64,000 bases of DNA, from assembly GCA_963725155.1 (NCBI GenBank), contig CAVRXU010000007.1:320131-384130 (forward strand), written 5' to 3'. The DNA is from an uncultured Microthrixaceae bacterium. GTDB lineage: Bacteria > Actinomycetota > Acidimicrobiia > Acidimicrobiales > DATDAH01. Below the pieces are notes generated by a model. It had not been told where the DNA came from. It saw nothing but the letters and a program-made list of their open reading frames with translations, and ran no database searches. Positions 36,682 through 45,401 of this stretch are shown piece after piece; positions within the stretch are counted from its first letter, which is position 1; every line of letters starts with the position of its first letter. The position numbers and the translations under genes were made by a program.

Positions 36682-38115
36682 TCAGGCGGCCCGCGTCGCC
36701 TCGGTGTCCTCGTCGGTGGGCACCGCGAAGCCCTCCGACAGCCGCTTGAGCGGCGAGCCCGACCCCCGGAGCATCCCCAAGGAGCCGACGGCTTCACGGC
36801 GACGGCGCCAGACGGCGTCCAGGAAGCGACGCGAGGCCAGGTTCCGCACCGGCAGGTAGCCGATCTCCCAGATCATGAGCAGGCCCCAGAAGGCGAGGTC
36901 CTCGTTCACCCCACCGGGGCGCAGGGCCACCCGGATGCGCATGGAGCCGTGGACGAAGTGGAGGATCCGCTTGTCGATGGCGTCGGCCAACACCGCCGGG
37001 GCGACCCGGATCAAGTTGGCCCGGTCCGCCGGCGGGGTGGCCTGGCGCCAGACCCGACGGCGGCGACCGTCGACCACCCAGTACGGCTGCTCGTCGCTGG
37101 GGACCTCGAAGACGATCGGGCGCTTCAGCAGCATCCGTAGCGCCGGTCGGGGCACCGCCCGGAGAAACCCCGTGAGATGGTGCTCGAAGTCCGTGAAGGC
37201 GAGGTGCCGTTGGGCTTCATCGGCTGCCGTGGCGGCCAGGGTCGGGGCGATGGCCGCCGCCATCCGGGTCATCCGGGGCAGGCGGTCGTCCCACCAGCGG
37301 GTCCCGCTCACGTCGAAACCGTCCTCGTCGGACCAGGTGTCGCCTGGGCTCATGGCGACGAGCTCGGTGCGCCCCAGGCCGTCGGCCCGGTCGAAGGCCG
37401 CTCGCACCTCGTCGGGCGTGATCATCTCGGCGTTCATGGCCCAGGACTCGGGGTGGAGGAACGCCACCATGTTGGCGAAGGGCACCGCGAAGCGGGGCCG
37501 CAAGGTGCGGGTGGCGTCGATGAACTCGTCGAGGTAGGTCTGGCGCTTCAGAAGGGTCAGGTCCTCGGGGTCCTCGGCCTCGTACAGGTGGGGGTAGGAC
37601 TGGGCCCACGAGTGGGTCTTCAGCAGGAACGTCACCGGTCCGAAGTCCTCGGCGATCTGGCGCAGGGCCCGGCCCCGGATCTTGCAGTCGTTCAGGTCGG
37701 CCAGGACGGTGTCCCCGTCGGCCACGACGAACGCGGTGTCGTCGAAGCCGTACTGGTACGAGGCCACCCGCACGCCAGGGGCCAGCTCCCGGATCTCGCC
37801 GTGCGCCAACTCGTTCACGGTCCGGAAACCGAGCTCTCGCACTTCGTCGGCCATCACGTCCACACCGAAGCGGGCGCAGAGGACCTCGGCCCCCTTGTCG
37901 ACCCGGCGCATCGACGGGTAGTGGAAGTGGTCGAAGTGATGGTGCGTCAGGTAGATGACATCGGGTGCGAGGAGCTCGGGGGTCGGGTCGGCGTCGGCCG
38001 GGAAGTGCCACCAGGACCGCCAGTAGCAGGACCCGGTGAGCCAGGGGTCGACCAGGATCGTCGGCCCCGATGTCTCGATGCGCAGGCAGGCGTGCCCGAT
38101 GACGGTGAAGCGCAC
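36682..38115 (-). CDS. MBL-fold metallo-hydrolase with an uncharacterised ~250-aa C-terminal region
   Basis: MRFTVIGHACLRIE...LTHHHFDHF motif. The stop abuts the convergent GGDEF-EAL stop (TGATCA). Confidence 0.65.
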   Translation of the reverse strand: MRFTVIGHACLRIETSGPTILVDPWLTGSCYWRSWWHFPADADPTPELLAPDVIYLTHHHFDHFHYPSMRRVDKGAEVLCARFGVDVMADEVRELGFRTVNELAHGEIRELAPGVRVASYQYGFDDTAFVVADGDTVLADLNDCKIRGRALRQIAEDFGPVTFLLKTHSWAQSYPHLYEAEDPEDLTLLKRQTYLDEFIDATRTLRPRFAVPFANMVAFLHPESWAMNAEMITPDEVRAAFDRADGLGRTELVAMSPGDTWSDEDGFDVSGTRWWDDRLPRMTRMAAAIAPTLAATAADEAQRHLAFTDFEHHLTGFLRAVPRPALRMLLKRPIVFEVPSDEQPYWVVDGRRRRVWRQATPPADRANLIRVAPAVLADAIDKRILHFVHGSMRIRVALRPGGVNEDLAFWGLLMIWEIGYLPVRNLASRRFLDAVWRRRREAVGSLGMLRGSGSPLKRLSEGFAVPTDEDTEATRAA

Positions 38116-38206
38116 CCCGGCAGGCTACGGAGCCGAGCCGCGAGGCGAGGCGAACCAGCCGTTCACCGCGCGACGCTTGTCCGTGTCCGCGGGGTCCCAG
38201 GGGCGC

Positions 38207-39235
38207 TCAGGGAGCCACCGGGGCGCCATCGGCGGCGGCCGAGCGGTACAGGGCGTCCACCACACGATGGGCCCGGAGTGCCTCCCGCACGTCGGGCGAG
38301 GCCGGTCGACCGCCCGCCACCGCGGCCAGGAACTCGCCGTCGGGGTTGCCGCCCTCCGGCAACGCCGGGTCGAGGGCGGCCAGGAGGTCGGCCCCGTCGA
38401 GCGCCTGCTCGCCCTGCCCGGTCAGGGTCCAGCGCACGGGCCCGAACCAGTCGCCCTCGACGGTGACGTGGAGCCGCTCACAGAGGATCTCGACGTGGCG
38501 CAGGCTGGGGCGTTCCAGGACGTCGTGCCAGACCGACACCATCGAGCCCACCGCACCGGAGGCGAACGAGAAGCTCGCCGTCGCCGCGTCCTCGATGCCG
38601 TCGATGGCGTGGAACTCCCGGGTCCAGGCACTGACCTTCTCGATCGGTCCCACGAGCCACTCGAGGAGGTCGACGTCGTGGATCGAGTGCTCGATCACGG
38701 TCCCGGCCCCCGCCTTGGCCGGGTCGGCTCGCCAGTTCGAGCCGTACATGCCCTGGGTGGGGATGTACTGGTCGTCCCGGAGGACCACCGCCATGACCCG
38801 GCCCGCGTCCGGGTCGGCGAGCAGCTGGCGGGCCAGGGTGAACGCCGGGGATCGGCGCAGGACCAGGCCGACCTGGTTCGTGACGCCCGAACCCTCGACC
38901 AGAGCGCACAGGGCTTCGGCTCGGGCCAGGTCAGGGGCCAGCGGCTTCTCGCAGAACACCGCCTTGCCGGCGGCGACGGCCGTGGCGACGGCGGCGTGGT
39001 GGGCCGAGGTCCAGGTGCAGACGAACACGGCGTCGACCTGGTCGCACAAGCCCTCGACGGTGTCGGCCACCGTGGCGCCGGTGTCGGCGGCGAAGGCCGC
39101 GGCCCGTCGGGGGTCGGCGTCGTGCACCGCCACGATCTCGTTGGGCTGGGCGGACCCGGCCAGCATCATCAGGTGGAAGCGGGCGATGAAGCCGGTGCCG
39201 ACGAAGCCGACCCGGACGGGTGGGGCTTCGCTCAC
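38207..39235 (-). CDS. Gfo/Idh/MocA-family oxidoreductase
   Basis: GTG 39235 overlaps the SDR stop (GTGA). Motifs VRVGFVGTGFIARFH and AVFCEKPLA. The ORF-track extension to 40147 is rejected. Confidence 0.8.
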   Translation of the reverse strand: MSEAPPVRVGFVGTGFIARFHLMMLAGSAQPNEIVAVHDADPRRAAAFAADTGATVADTVEGLCDQVDAVFVCTWTSAHHAAVATAVAAGKAVFCEKPLAPDLARAEALCALVEGSGVTNQVGLVLRRSPAFTLARQLLADPDAGRVMAVVLRDDQYIPTQGMYGSNWRADPAKAGAGTVIEHSIHDVDLLEWLVGPIEKVSAWTREFHAIDGIEDAATASFSFASGAVGSMVSVWHDVLERPSLRHVEILCERLHVTVEGDWFGPVRWTLTGQGEQALDGADLLAALDPALPEGGNPDGEFLAAVAGGRPASPDVREALRAHRVVDALYRSAAADGAPVAP

Positions 39236-39972
39236 GTGTTCTGGGCCGTCATGCCACCGTCGACGCTGAGCACCGAGCCGTTGATGAACGAGGCGCCGGG
39301 GAGGACCAGCGCCCAGATGGCGTGGGCCACCTCGGTCGGCTCGCCGTAGCGGCCGGCGGGCACCCGGCGCCGGGCGAAGGTGGCCTTGGCCTCGTCGGGG
39401 ATGGCCTCGGTCATGCCCGTGCGGATGGGGCCGGGGCAGATGGCGTTCACCGTCACCCCTGAGCGGCCGAGCTCGACGGCCAGGGCCCGGGTGAGGCCGA
39501 CCACGCCGTGCTTGCTGGCGGTGTAGGCGGAGATGAACGGTGTGGCGCCGAGGGCCTCGCTGGAGGCCGTGTTGACGATGCGTCCGTCGCCGTTCCGGCG
39601 CAGGTCGTCGACACAGGCCCGGGCCAGCCGGGCCCCTGCGGTCAGGTTGACGGCGAGGGTGGTCTCCCACGCCTCGTCGAAGTTCGGCCCGTCGATGGCG
39701 GCAGGGAGGGACACGCCTGCGTTGTTGACCAGGATGTCGACCGGGCCCAGCTGCTCCCGGACCTCGGCGAGCACCGCGTCCACCGCGGCGGGATCGGTGA
39801 GGTCGACCGTCCACGCCCCACCACCGTCGGGCACGGGCGGCTCGGCGCGGTCGAGGGCGGCCACCTTGGCCCCGTCCTCGGCCAACAGGGCGGCCGTGGC
39901 CCGTCCGATCCCGCTGGCCGCACCGGTCACCACGGCCACGCGACCCGCGACCGAACGGAGGCCCGCGGACAT
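39232..39972 (-). CDS. SDR-family oxidoreductase (FabG-like)
   Basis: TGAASGIGRA and NNAG motifs, and the catalytic YTASKHG. Confidence 0.85.
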   Translation of the reverse strand: MSAGLRSVAGRVAVVTGAASGIGRATAALLAEDGAKVAALDRAEPPVPDGGGAWTVDLTDPAAVDAVLAEVREQLGPVDILVNNAGVSLPAAIDGPNFDEAWETTLAVNLTAGARLARACVDDLRRNGDGRIVNTASSEALGATPFISAYTASKHGVVGLTRALAVELGRSGVTVNAICPGPIRTGMTEAIPDEAKATFARRRVPAGRYGEPTEVAHAIWALVLPGASFINGSVLSVDGGMTAQNT

Positions 39973-39983
39973 ACTTGGACCTT

Positions 39984-40241
39984 ATGCGCATCGTCTGGGC
40001 CATCGTGACGACCGCGTTCTTCCTGATCCCTCTGGCGGTCACCGCCTGGGCCTTTCTCGACGCCGCCCGCCGTCCGTCGTGGGCCTGGAGCCTGGCCGGC
40101 CGCAGCCAGGTCACCTGGATGGCCTGCACCGCCCTCGGCGTGCTCACCGTGATCGGCGGCCTGGTCCTCTCCGGTTACTACCTGCTGATCGTCCGCCCGC
40201 AGATCGCCGCCGCCGAGGACGGAGACTTCCGCCAGCCGTGA
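39984..40241 (+). CDS. Small integral membrane protein (DUF2516-like)
   Basis: 85 aa with 3 hydrophobic helices and the motif AFLDAARRP. Start ATG 39984 is preferred over TTG 39975. Confidence 0.5.
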   Translation: MRIVWAIVTTAFFLIPLAVTAWAFLDAARRPSWAWSLAGRSQVTWMACTALGVLTVIGGLVLSGYYLLIVRPQIAAAEDGDFRQP

Positions 40242-40249
40242 GCCGCTGA

Positions 40250-40903
40250 TCAGCCGACCGTGGCGAAGGCGCGGACGGTGAAGGTGCCGGCGCCCTCGAT
40301 CTTGGGGGGAACGGCGGTGAAGGTGAAGCCGTCCTCGGGGAGGGCGTCGAGCGCCGTCAGGTGCTCGATGATGGGGATCTCGGCGCCGAGCAGCGTGGAG
40401 TGGACGGGCCGGGCCTTCTCCCCCGTGCCGTCGATGTTGAGGGAGTCGATGCCGACGCAGGCCACGCCCGCCGCGACCAAGGCGTCAGCCGAAGCGGCCG
40501 ACAGGTGGGGGTGGGCCTGGAAGTAGGCGTCGGTTCCCCACGTGGCCGAGTGGTCGGTCCGGACGATCACGGCGTGGCCGCCGAGACCCTCGAGCTCCTC
40601 GTCGGTCAGCTCGACGGTCGTCTGGCCCCGACGGTCGAGGCAGACCGCGGGGACGCCGGCCACCCGCTCCAGGGCCAGGCCGGTCAGGTCGTGGCCGTCG
40701 GCGTAGCGGTGGAACGGCACGTCCAGGTAGGTGCCGGTGTTGGTGCACATCGTCACCAGGCCGATCTGGAAGGTGTTGCCCGGCCCGTAGACGTCGATGG
40801 CCGCCTCGCGGCTGAGGTGGTCCTCCACGATCGGCACCGGCAGCCCCGGGTACGTGACCATCCCCGGGGAGATGACGTGGCTGAGGTCGATCAGGCGGAT
40901 CAT
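40250..40903 (-). CDS. Cyclase-family protein (kynurenine formamidase-like fold) with a degenerate metal motif
   Basis: Start ATG 40903 (MIRLIDLSH...). TNTGTYLDVPFH aligns to the family HxGTHxDxPxH motif with His->Asn and His->Tyr substitutions. Confidence 0.65.
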   Translation of the reverse strand: MIRLIDLSHVISPGMVTYPGLPVPIVEDHLSREAAIDVYGPGNTFQIGLVTMCTNTGTYLDVPFHRYADGHDLTGLALERVAGVPAVCLDRRGQTTVELTDEELEGLGGHAVIVRTDHSATWGTDAYFQAHPHLSAASADALVAAGVACVGIDSLNIDGTGEKARPVHSTLLGAEIPIIEHLTALDALPEDGFTFTAVPPKIEGAGTFTVRAFATVG

Positions 40904-40927
40904 CCCCCGATTCTGACCCCGCTCCCC

Positions 40928-40979
40928 CGTTCTGGCCTCCGATCTACCGGCCATGGCCGGTAGATCGGAGGCCAGAACG
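40928..40979. repeat. Perfect 52-bp palindrome (26-nt arms, no spacer, centre CCATGG)
   Basis: I checked base by base that 40928-40953 is the exact reverse complement of 40954-40979 (cgttctggcctccgatctaccggcca|tggccggtagatcggaggccagaacg). Confidence 0.95.
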
Positions 40980-40987
40980 AGGTGAGA

Positions 40988-43030
40988 TCAGAAGACGGGG
41001 TGCTCGCCGACCAGCTCGACCTGCTCGAGGGTGAGATCGGCCAGGAGCTCGTTGCCGAACTCGGTCATGTGGACGCCGTCGGCCAGGCGGACCACCTCGG
41101 GCTCGCCGTCGGGGCCGATGACCGACTCGGTGTAGGTGCCTCCCGGCGTGATGACCCGGCCCCAGTCCAGCGTCGGCACCGGTAGGTGCCGGTACATCCC
41201 GTTGAGGCGGCTCACGTGCTCCTCCAGGGGGCCGTAGAACCCGTTGGTCTGGACCGGAGGCGAGAGGACCCAGATGACCTGGGCCCCGCCCGCCCTCGCC
41301 CGTCGGATCAGGTCCCGCACTTCCCGGTCCCAGTTGGGGTACACGGCCTCGCTGTTGGGCAGGACCTCGTGGCCGTCCGGGTCGACGTAGACCTGGTCGG
41401 TGGATTGGGTGTAGTCACAGCAGGCTTCCATGACCACGACGTCGGGATCGAACCGGGTGACCCAGTCGTCGATCTGGCGGGCCCAGTCACCTTGAGGTTG
41501 GAGCGGCCCGGTGCTCGGCCCTCCGGCGTAGCCGGTGGCGATCCCCTGATCGTCGAACACGCCCCGGAACACCTCGTAGGCCTGGCCCATCACCGAGTCG
41601 CCGACGAGCAGCACGCGGTCGACGGTGGGCACCGTGCTGCTGTCGGCGGCGTCAGGGGTGGCCGCCAGGAGCTCCTCGGGGTCCTGGGGCGGCGGGGAGG
41701 CGTCGAGGATCGCACCGAGGCTGTCGTCCTGGCGCTCGTCGGTGCTGGTGCCCAGGGCCACGACGCCGATGACGATGACCAGGACGGCGGCGGGCGCCAC
41801 CAGTCGGTACCGGGGCCCGACCAGGACCTGCCGGGTCCGCACCGGCTGCTCGACGAAGCGGAACGAGAGAACGGCCGCACCGATGGTCACGGCCAGGCGC
41901 AGCCCGAACAGCGGCCAGATGGCCAGCCCGGTCCGCTCGGGGCTGAGCCACAGGTAGATGGGCCAGTGGAGGAGGTAGACGCCGTAGGAGATGCGGCCCA
42001 GCTGACGGAGCGGTTCGGTGGCGACGGCCCGCTGGACCGGCCCCGGCACCAGGAGGACGGCGAGGAGCACGGCCGTGGTCAGCGCGTAGAACGTGAAGCC
42101 GCCCTGGTAGAGCCACGGCGAGATCTGTTCGACGGTCATCCACCAGTAGGTGGTGACCAGGAGCACGACGACGCCCGCCGCCGTCAGTGCCCGGCGCGGG
42201 ATGCGGGTCAGCAGGTGCGGGCGGGCGGCCAGGAGCACGGCGAGCAGGGCCCCCACGAGCAGCTCGGCGGCTCTGGTGTCGGTGCCGTAGTAGACCCGGG
42301 CGGGGTCGGTGCCCGGGGTGTACAGGCTCATCATCAGCAGGGTCGAGCCCAGGGTCAGCGCCCCGAGGACCATGAAGACCAGGCGCCGTGAGCCTCGACC
42401 GAAGGCCAGCAGGCCGGCCATGAGCAGTGGGAAGAACAGGTAGTACTGCTCCTCGATGGCCAGCGACCAGAAGTGCTGGACCGGCGAGGGGGCCGTGAAC
42501 AGGTCGGCGTAGGACTGGTCGGCCAGGATGAAGCGCCAGTTGGCCACGTAGGCCAGCGCCGCGATCACATCGCCCGGTAGCTCGGCCAGCTGGTCCGCCG
42601 TGGCCACGAACGGCCCGAAGAGGACGACGATGCCGGCCAGGGTCAGCAGCGAGGCGGGCATCAGGCGCCGGAACCGCCGGCTCCAGAAGCCCGGCAGGGA
42701 GACGCGGCTGGTGCGGCTGAACTCGGCCAGCAACAGGGTCGTGATCAGGTAGCCCGAGAGGGTGAAGAAGGTGGAGACCCCGAGGTAGCCCCCCTTGGCC
42801 CAGGTGAACCCGGCGTGGAAGAGGAGCACGCCGGCGACGGCCAGTCCTCGCAGGCCGTCGATGGCCGGCTGGTAGGTGAGCGCGGCCGAAGGGGGTGGGC
42901 TCGTCGCCCCGGGTGCCGGGGGGCGCACGGGGAGGCGCGGCAGTCGGACCCCGGCCCGTCGCCGGGTCCGGAGGTCGATGAGGACCGGTTCGGTCCGCCG
43001 ATGCGGGGTGGGGGTGTCGACCACGGCCAC
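40988..43030 (-). CDS. Acyltransferase family 3 (OafA/YrhL-type) membrane protein fused to a C-terminal SGNH domain
   Basis: AIDGLRGLAVAGVLLFH...YLGVSTFFTLSGYLIT, about 10 TM helices, then VLLVGDSVM ... LADGVHMTEFG. Confidence 0.8.
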   Translation of the reverse strand: MAVVDTPTPHRRTEPVLIDLRTRRRAGVRLPRLPVRPPAPGATSPPPSAALTYQPAIDGLRGLAVAGVLLFHAGFTWAKGGYLGVSTFFTLSGYLITTLLLAEFSRTSRVSLPGFWSRRFRRLMPASLLTLAGIVVLFGPFVATADQLAELPGDVIAALAYVANWRFILADQSYADLFTAPSPVQHFWSLAIEEQYYLFFPLLMAGLLAFGRGSRRLVFMVLGALTLGSTLLMMSLYTPGTDPARVYYGTDTRAAELLVGALLAVLLAARPHLLTRIPRRALTAAGVVVLLVTTYWWMTVEQISPWLYQGGFTFYALTTAVLLAVLLVPGPVQRAVATEPLRQLGRISYGVYLLHWPIYLWLSPERTGLAIWPLFGLRLAVTIGAAVLSFRFVEQPVRTRQVLVGPRYRLVAPAAVLVIVIGVVALGTSTDERQDDSLGAILDASPPPQDPEELLAATPDAADSSTVPTVDRVLLVGDSVMGQAYEVFRGVFDDQGIATGYAGGPSTGPLQPQGDWARQIDDWVTRFDPDVVVMEACCDYTQSTDQVYVDPDGHEVLPNSEAVYPNWDREVRDLIRRARAGGAQVIWVLSPPVQTNGFYGPLEEHVSRLNGMYRHLPVPTLDWGRVITPGGTYTESVIGPDGEPEVVRLADGVHMTEFGNELLADLTLEQVELVGEHPVF

Positions 43031-43042
43031 GGGAGCGACAAC

Positions 43043-43903
43043 CTACAAGCCGGCCGGCGGTGGCCCATAGCACCCGCGGAGCTGATCGCGCAGGGCGAGG
43101 ACCCGGGCCCGGCTCGAGAACACCAGGGGCCGGCGGGCGGGGCACAGGGTCTGGGAGAGCAGTTGCAGGACGGCGGTCGTGAACCGGATGACCAGGGCGT
43201 AGCGCCCGAAGTGCTCTCGGGTGAGGAGGAGGGTGTTGCGCAGCTGCAGGTAGTCGACGACCGCCACCGAGGCGCTCAGATCCGGGTTCGTGACCCGTGC
43301 GCCTCGGACCAGCCCGATCTCCCAGCCCCGCGCCCGGGCCCGGAGGCCGAGATCCGCTTCCTCGCAGTAGCTGAAGTACCGCTCGTCGAACAGCCCGACG
43401 TCCTGGAGGCAGGCTCGACGGGCGAACAGGAGGGTGCCGTGCGGGTAGTCGACGGGCTCCCACCCCTCGGTGACCGCTCCCGGCCGGAACAGGGTGCCGA
43501 AGTAGCGGTCGACCACCGGGCTCAGGCCGTCGCCGACGTCGGCGCTGGCCAGCCCCGCCCGGGGGCGGGGGGCGACGGCGTGCAACAACCCCTCGATGCA
43601 GTCAGGGGCCGGGAGGGCGTCGTGGGGACAGAGCGCCACCCACTCCCCCGCGCCTGAATCCAACCAGTGGCGCAGCCCGACGTTGGCCCCCGGGCCGAAG
43701 CCCAGGTTCCGGTCATGGGGCAGGAACACGTCGCCCGGCCGCTCGGCCACCATCGCGGCCACGAGGTCACGGGCCGCCACGTCCGAACCGGCGTCGACGA
43801 CGACGAGGCGGATGGGAACCGTCTGGGCCCGGAGGGCCGCCAGCGTGGCCCGAGCCCGCTCGGCGCGGTTGCGGTGGACGACGACGACCGTGAGCGGCGA
43901 CAC
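43043..43903 (-). CDS. GT2 glycosyltransferase (rhamnosyltransferase-like)
   Basis: VVVVHRNR...VVVDAGS...NLGFGPGANVG...CEEADLGLRA. Confidence 0.7.
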   Translation of the reverse strand: MSPLTVVVVHRNRAERARATLAALRAQTVPIRLVVVDAGSDVAARDLVAAMVAERPGDVFLPHDRNLGFGPGANVGLRHWLDSGAGEWVALCPHDALPAPDCIEGLLHAVAPRPRAGLASADVGDGLSPVVDRYFGTLFRPGAVTEGWEPVDYPHGTLLFARRACLQDVGLFDERYFSYCEEADLGLRARARGWEIGLVRGARVTNPDLSASVAVVDYLQLRNTLLLTREHFGRYALVIRFTTAVLQLLSQTLCPARRPLVFSSRARVLALRDQLRGCYGPPPAGL

Positions 43904-43918
43904 GAACGCCGGAGGCTA

Positions 43919-43965
43919 ACTACGCTGCGGCGTCGGAGCGAAGCAGCTCGGCCGAGGATCGTCGC
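43919..43965. repeat. Partial (left-arm) copy of the GC-rich repeat family, followed by a small hairpin gctgcc-gta-ggcagc
   Basis: acgctgcggcgtcggagcgaagcagctcggccgaggatcg versus the unit acgttgcggagtcggagcggagcagctcagcggaccctcgggatcg. Confidence 0.5.
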
Positions 43966-44021
43966 AAGCTGCCGTAGGCAGCAGGAGCCGCGCGGGCGGC
44001 GACGAGGGGCATGGCCCGCAC

Positions 44022-44633
44022 TCAGGCGCCGGCGCGGGCCATGGCGTGACGGACGACTTCGATGAGGGTGGACCGCACGGACTCGCGGTCCCGGGCGTCC
44101 ATGAGGATCATGGGGACGCCGCCTCCGACCTGGAGCGCCTCGCGGACCTCCTCGACGGCATGGGCGACCTGGCCGTGGAAGCAGTTGATGGCGATCACGA
44201 AGGGCACGTTGCGGGACTCGAAGTAGTCGATGGCGGGGAAGCAGTCGGCCAACCGCGTGGTGTCGACCAGGACCACCGCGCCCACGGCCCCCCGGACGAG
44301 GTCGTCCCACATGAAGCGGAACCGCGCCTGGCCCGGCGTGCCGAACAGGTAGAGGACCAGCTCGGGCCCGAGGCCCACGCGACCGAAGTCCATGGCCACG
44401 GTCGTGGACCGCTTGTCCTCGGCCCCGGTCATGTCATCCACCCCAGCACTGATCTGGGTGATGGCGGCCTCGGTGGTCAGGGGTTCGATCTCGGAGATGG
44501 CGCCGACCAGCGTCGTCTTGCCGACCGCGAAGCCTCCCGCCACGATCATCTTCACGGGCAGGGGCACGGTCAGGGTCGTGTCCGGCCCCACCGGGTCCTG
44601 CACTGTCGTCATTTCAGAGTTGCCGGAGGCCAT
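44022..44633 (-). CDS. cvnD: Conservon GTPase CvnD (MglA-like small ATP/GTP-binding protein)
   Basis: P-loop GGFAVGKTT and FGTPGQ motifs. Fourth position in a cvnABCD-type operon. ATG 44612 is an alternative start. Confidence 0.8.
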   Translation of the reverse strand: MASGNSEMTTVQDPVGPDTTLTVPLPVKMIVAGGFAVGKTTLVGAISEIEPLTTEAAITQISAGVDDMTGAEDKRSTTVAMDFGRVGLGPELVLYLFGTPGQARFRFMWDDLVRGAVGAVVLVDTTRLADCFPAIDYFESRNVPFVIAINCFHGQVAHAVEEVREALQVGGGVPMILMDARDRESVRSTLIEVVRHAMARAGA

Positions 44634-44979
44634 CGAGCACCCTTTCCAGCAGTTCGATGTCGGGTCGGTCGTCCCGACTGGTTCGGGGTCGGCTGGTTGC
44701 CACCAACCCCTCGGATTTGAGGTCGCCCACGATCACCATGGCCACGCCGAGGGCGACCTTGAGATGGGCGGAGATCTCGGCCACGGACAGCGGGTGGGCA
44801 CAGAGGTCGACCACCTGCCTGCGTTCGAGGACGAGCCGGGGCAGGGCCCTCTGGCCCGTGGCGGTCGTCTGGATGATGGTCTCGTACGGCAGGTCGATCG
44901 TGCTGGGCGTCCGTCCGCCGGTGATGGCGTACGGACGAACGCGGGCCGCCAGCCCCCGATCCCAACCGGTTTCGGTCAC
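44614..44979 (-). CDS. cvnC: Conservon protein CvnC (DUF742)
   Basis: GTG 44979 overlaps the cvnB stop (GTGA). Motifs VRPYAITGGRT, SVAEISAHL and LLERVLDGLRQL. Confidence 0.75.
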   Translation of the reverse strand: MTETGWDRGLAARVRPYAITGGRTPSTIDLPYETIIQTTATGQRALPRLVLERRQVVDLCAHPLSVAEISAHLKVALGVAMVIVGDLKSEGLVATSRPRTSRDDRPDIELLERVLDGLRQL

Positions 44980-45398
44980 TGCGGAAGCGAGCCCTGCAGT
45001 TCCGCACGAAGTTCGGGGGTCAGGACCGAGCCGGCCTTGTCCACCAGGACGGCCATCTCGTAGCCCACGAGGCCGACATCGCACTCGGCGGTGGCCATGA
45101 CCGCGAGGCTGGACCCGTCGCTGATCCCGGTGACGAAGAGGAAGGCCCGCTCCATCTCGATGATGATCTGGGTGACGGCACCGCCGCCGAAGCGGCCCGC
45201 CGCGCCGTAGGCCAGGCCGATCAGGCCGGACGCCACCGCCGCGAACCGGTCGGCACCGTCCCGGTCCAGGCCCTCCGACACCGCCATCGGCAGGCCGTCG
45301 GCCGACACCACGAGGGCGTCCTTGACGCCGGGCACCTGCCCGACGAAGTTGCCGATCAGCCAGTTGATGTTCTGGGCGGCACTGCTGAGGTTGGGCAT
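44976..45398 (-). CDS. cvnB: Conservon protein CvnB (roadblock/LC7 domain)
   Basis: 140 aa. Motifs NWLIGNFVGQVPGV.DALVVSADGL and AAVASGL. Confidence 0.8.
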   Translation of the reverse strand: MPNLSSAAQNINWLIGNFVGQVPGVKDALVVSADGLPMAVSEGLDRDGADRFAAVASGLIGLAYGAAGRFGGGAVTQIIIEMERAFLFVTGISDGSSLAVMATAECDVGLVGYEMAVLVDKAGSVLTPELRAELQGSLPQ

Positions 45399-45401
45399 CG
45401 G

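Noticed and set aside
39236-40147. The 646-aa model 38207-40147 (-), and similar extensions at 21280-21588, 23478-23855, 32263-33018, 32961-33092 and 44980-45405.
   Set aside because: The extensions overlap neighbouring well-supported genes in another frame. Internal starts give a proper signal peptide or family N-terminus and 4-nt coupling overlaps.
40904-40954. ATG 40954 as the cyclase start (17 extra residues, MAGRSEARTGERGQNRG).
   Set aside because: That ATG is the centre of the perfect palindrome (CCATGG), and the extension is encoded by one palindrome arm. The family-like N-terminus begins at MIRLIDLSH (40903).
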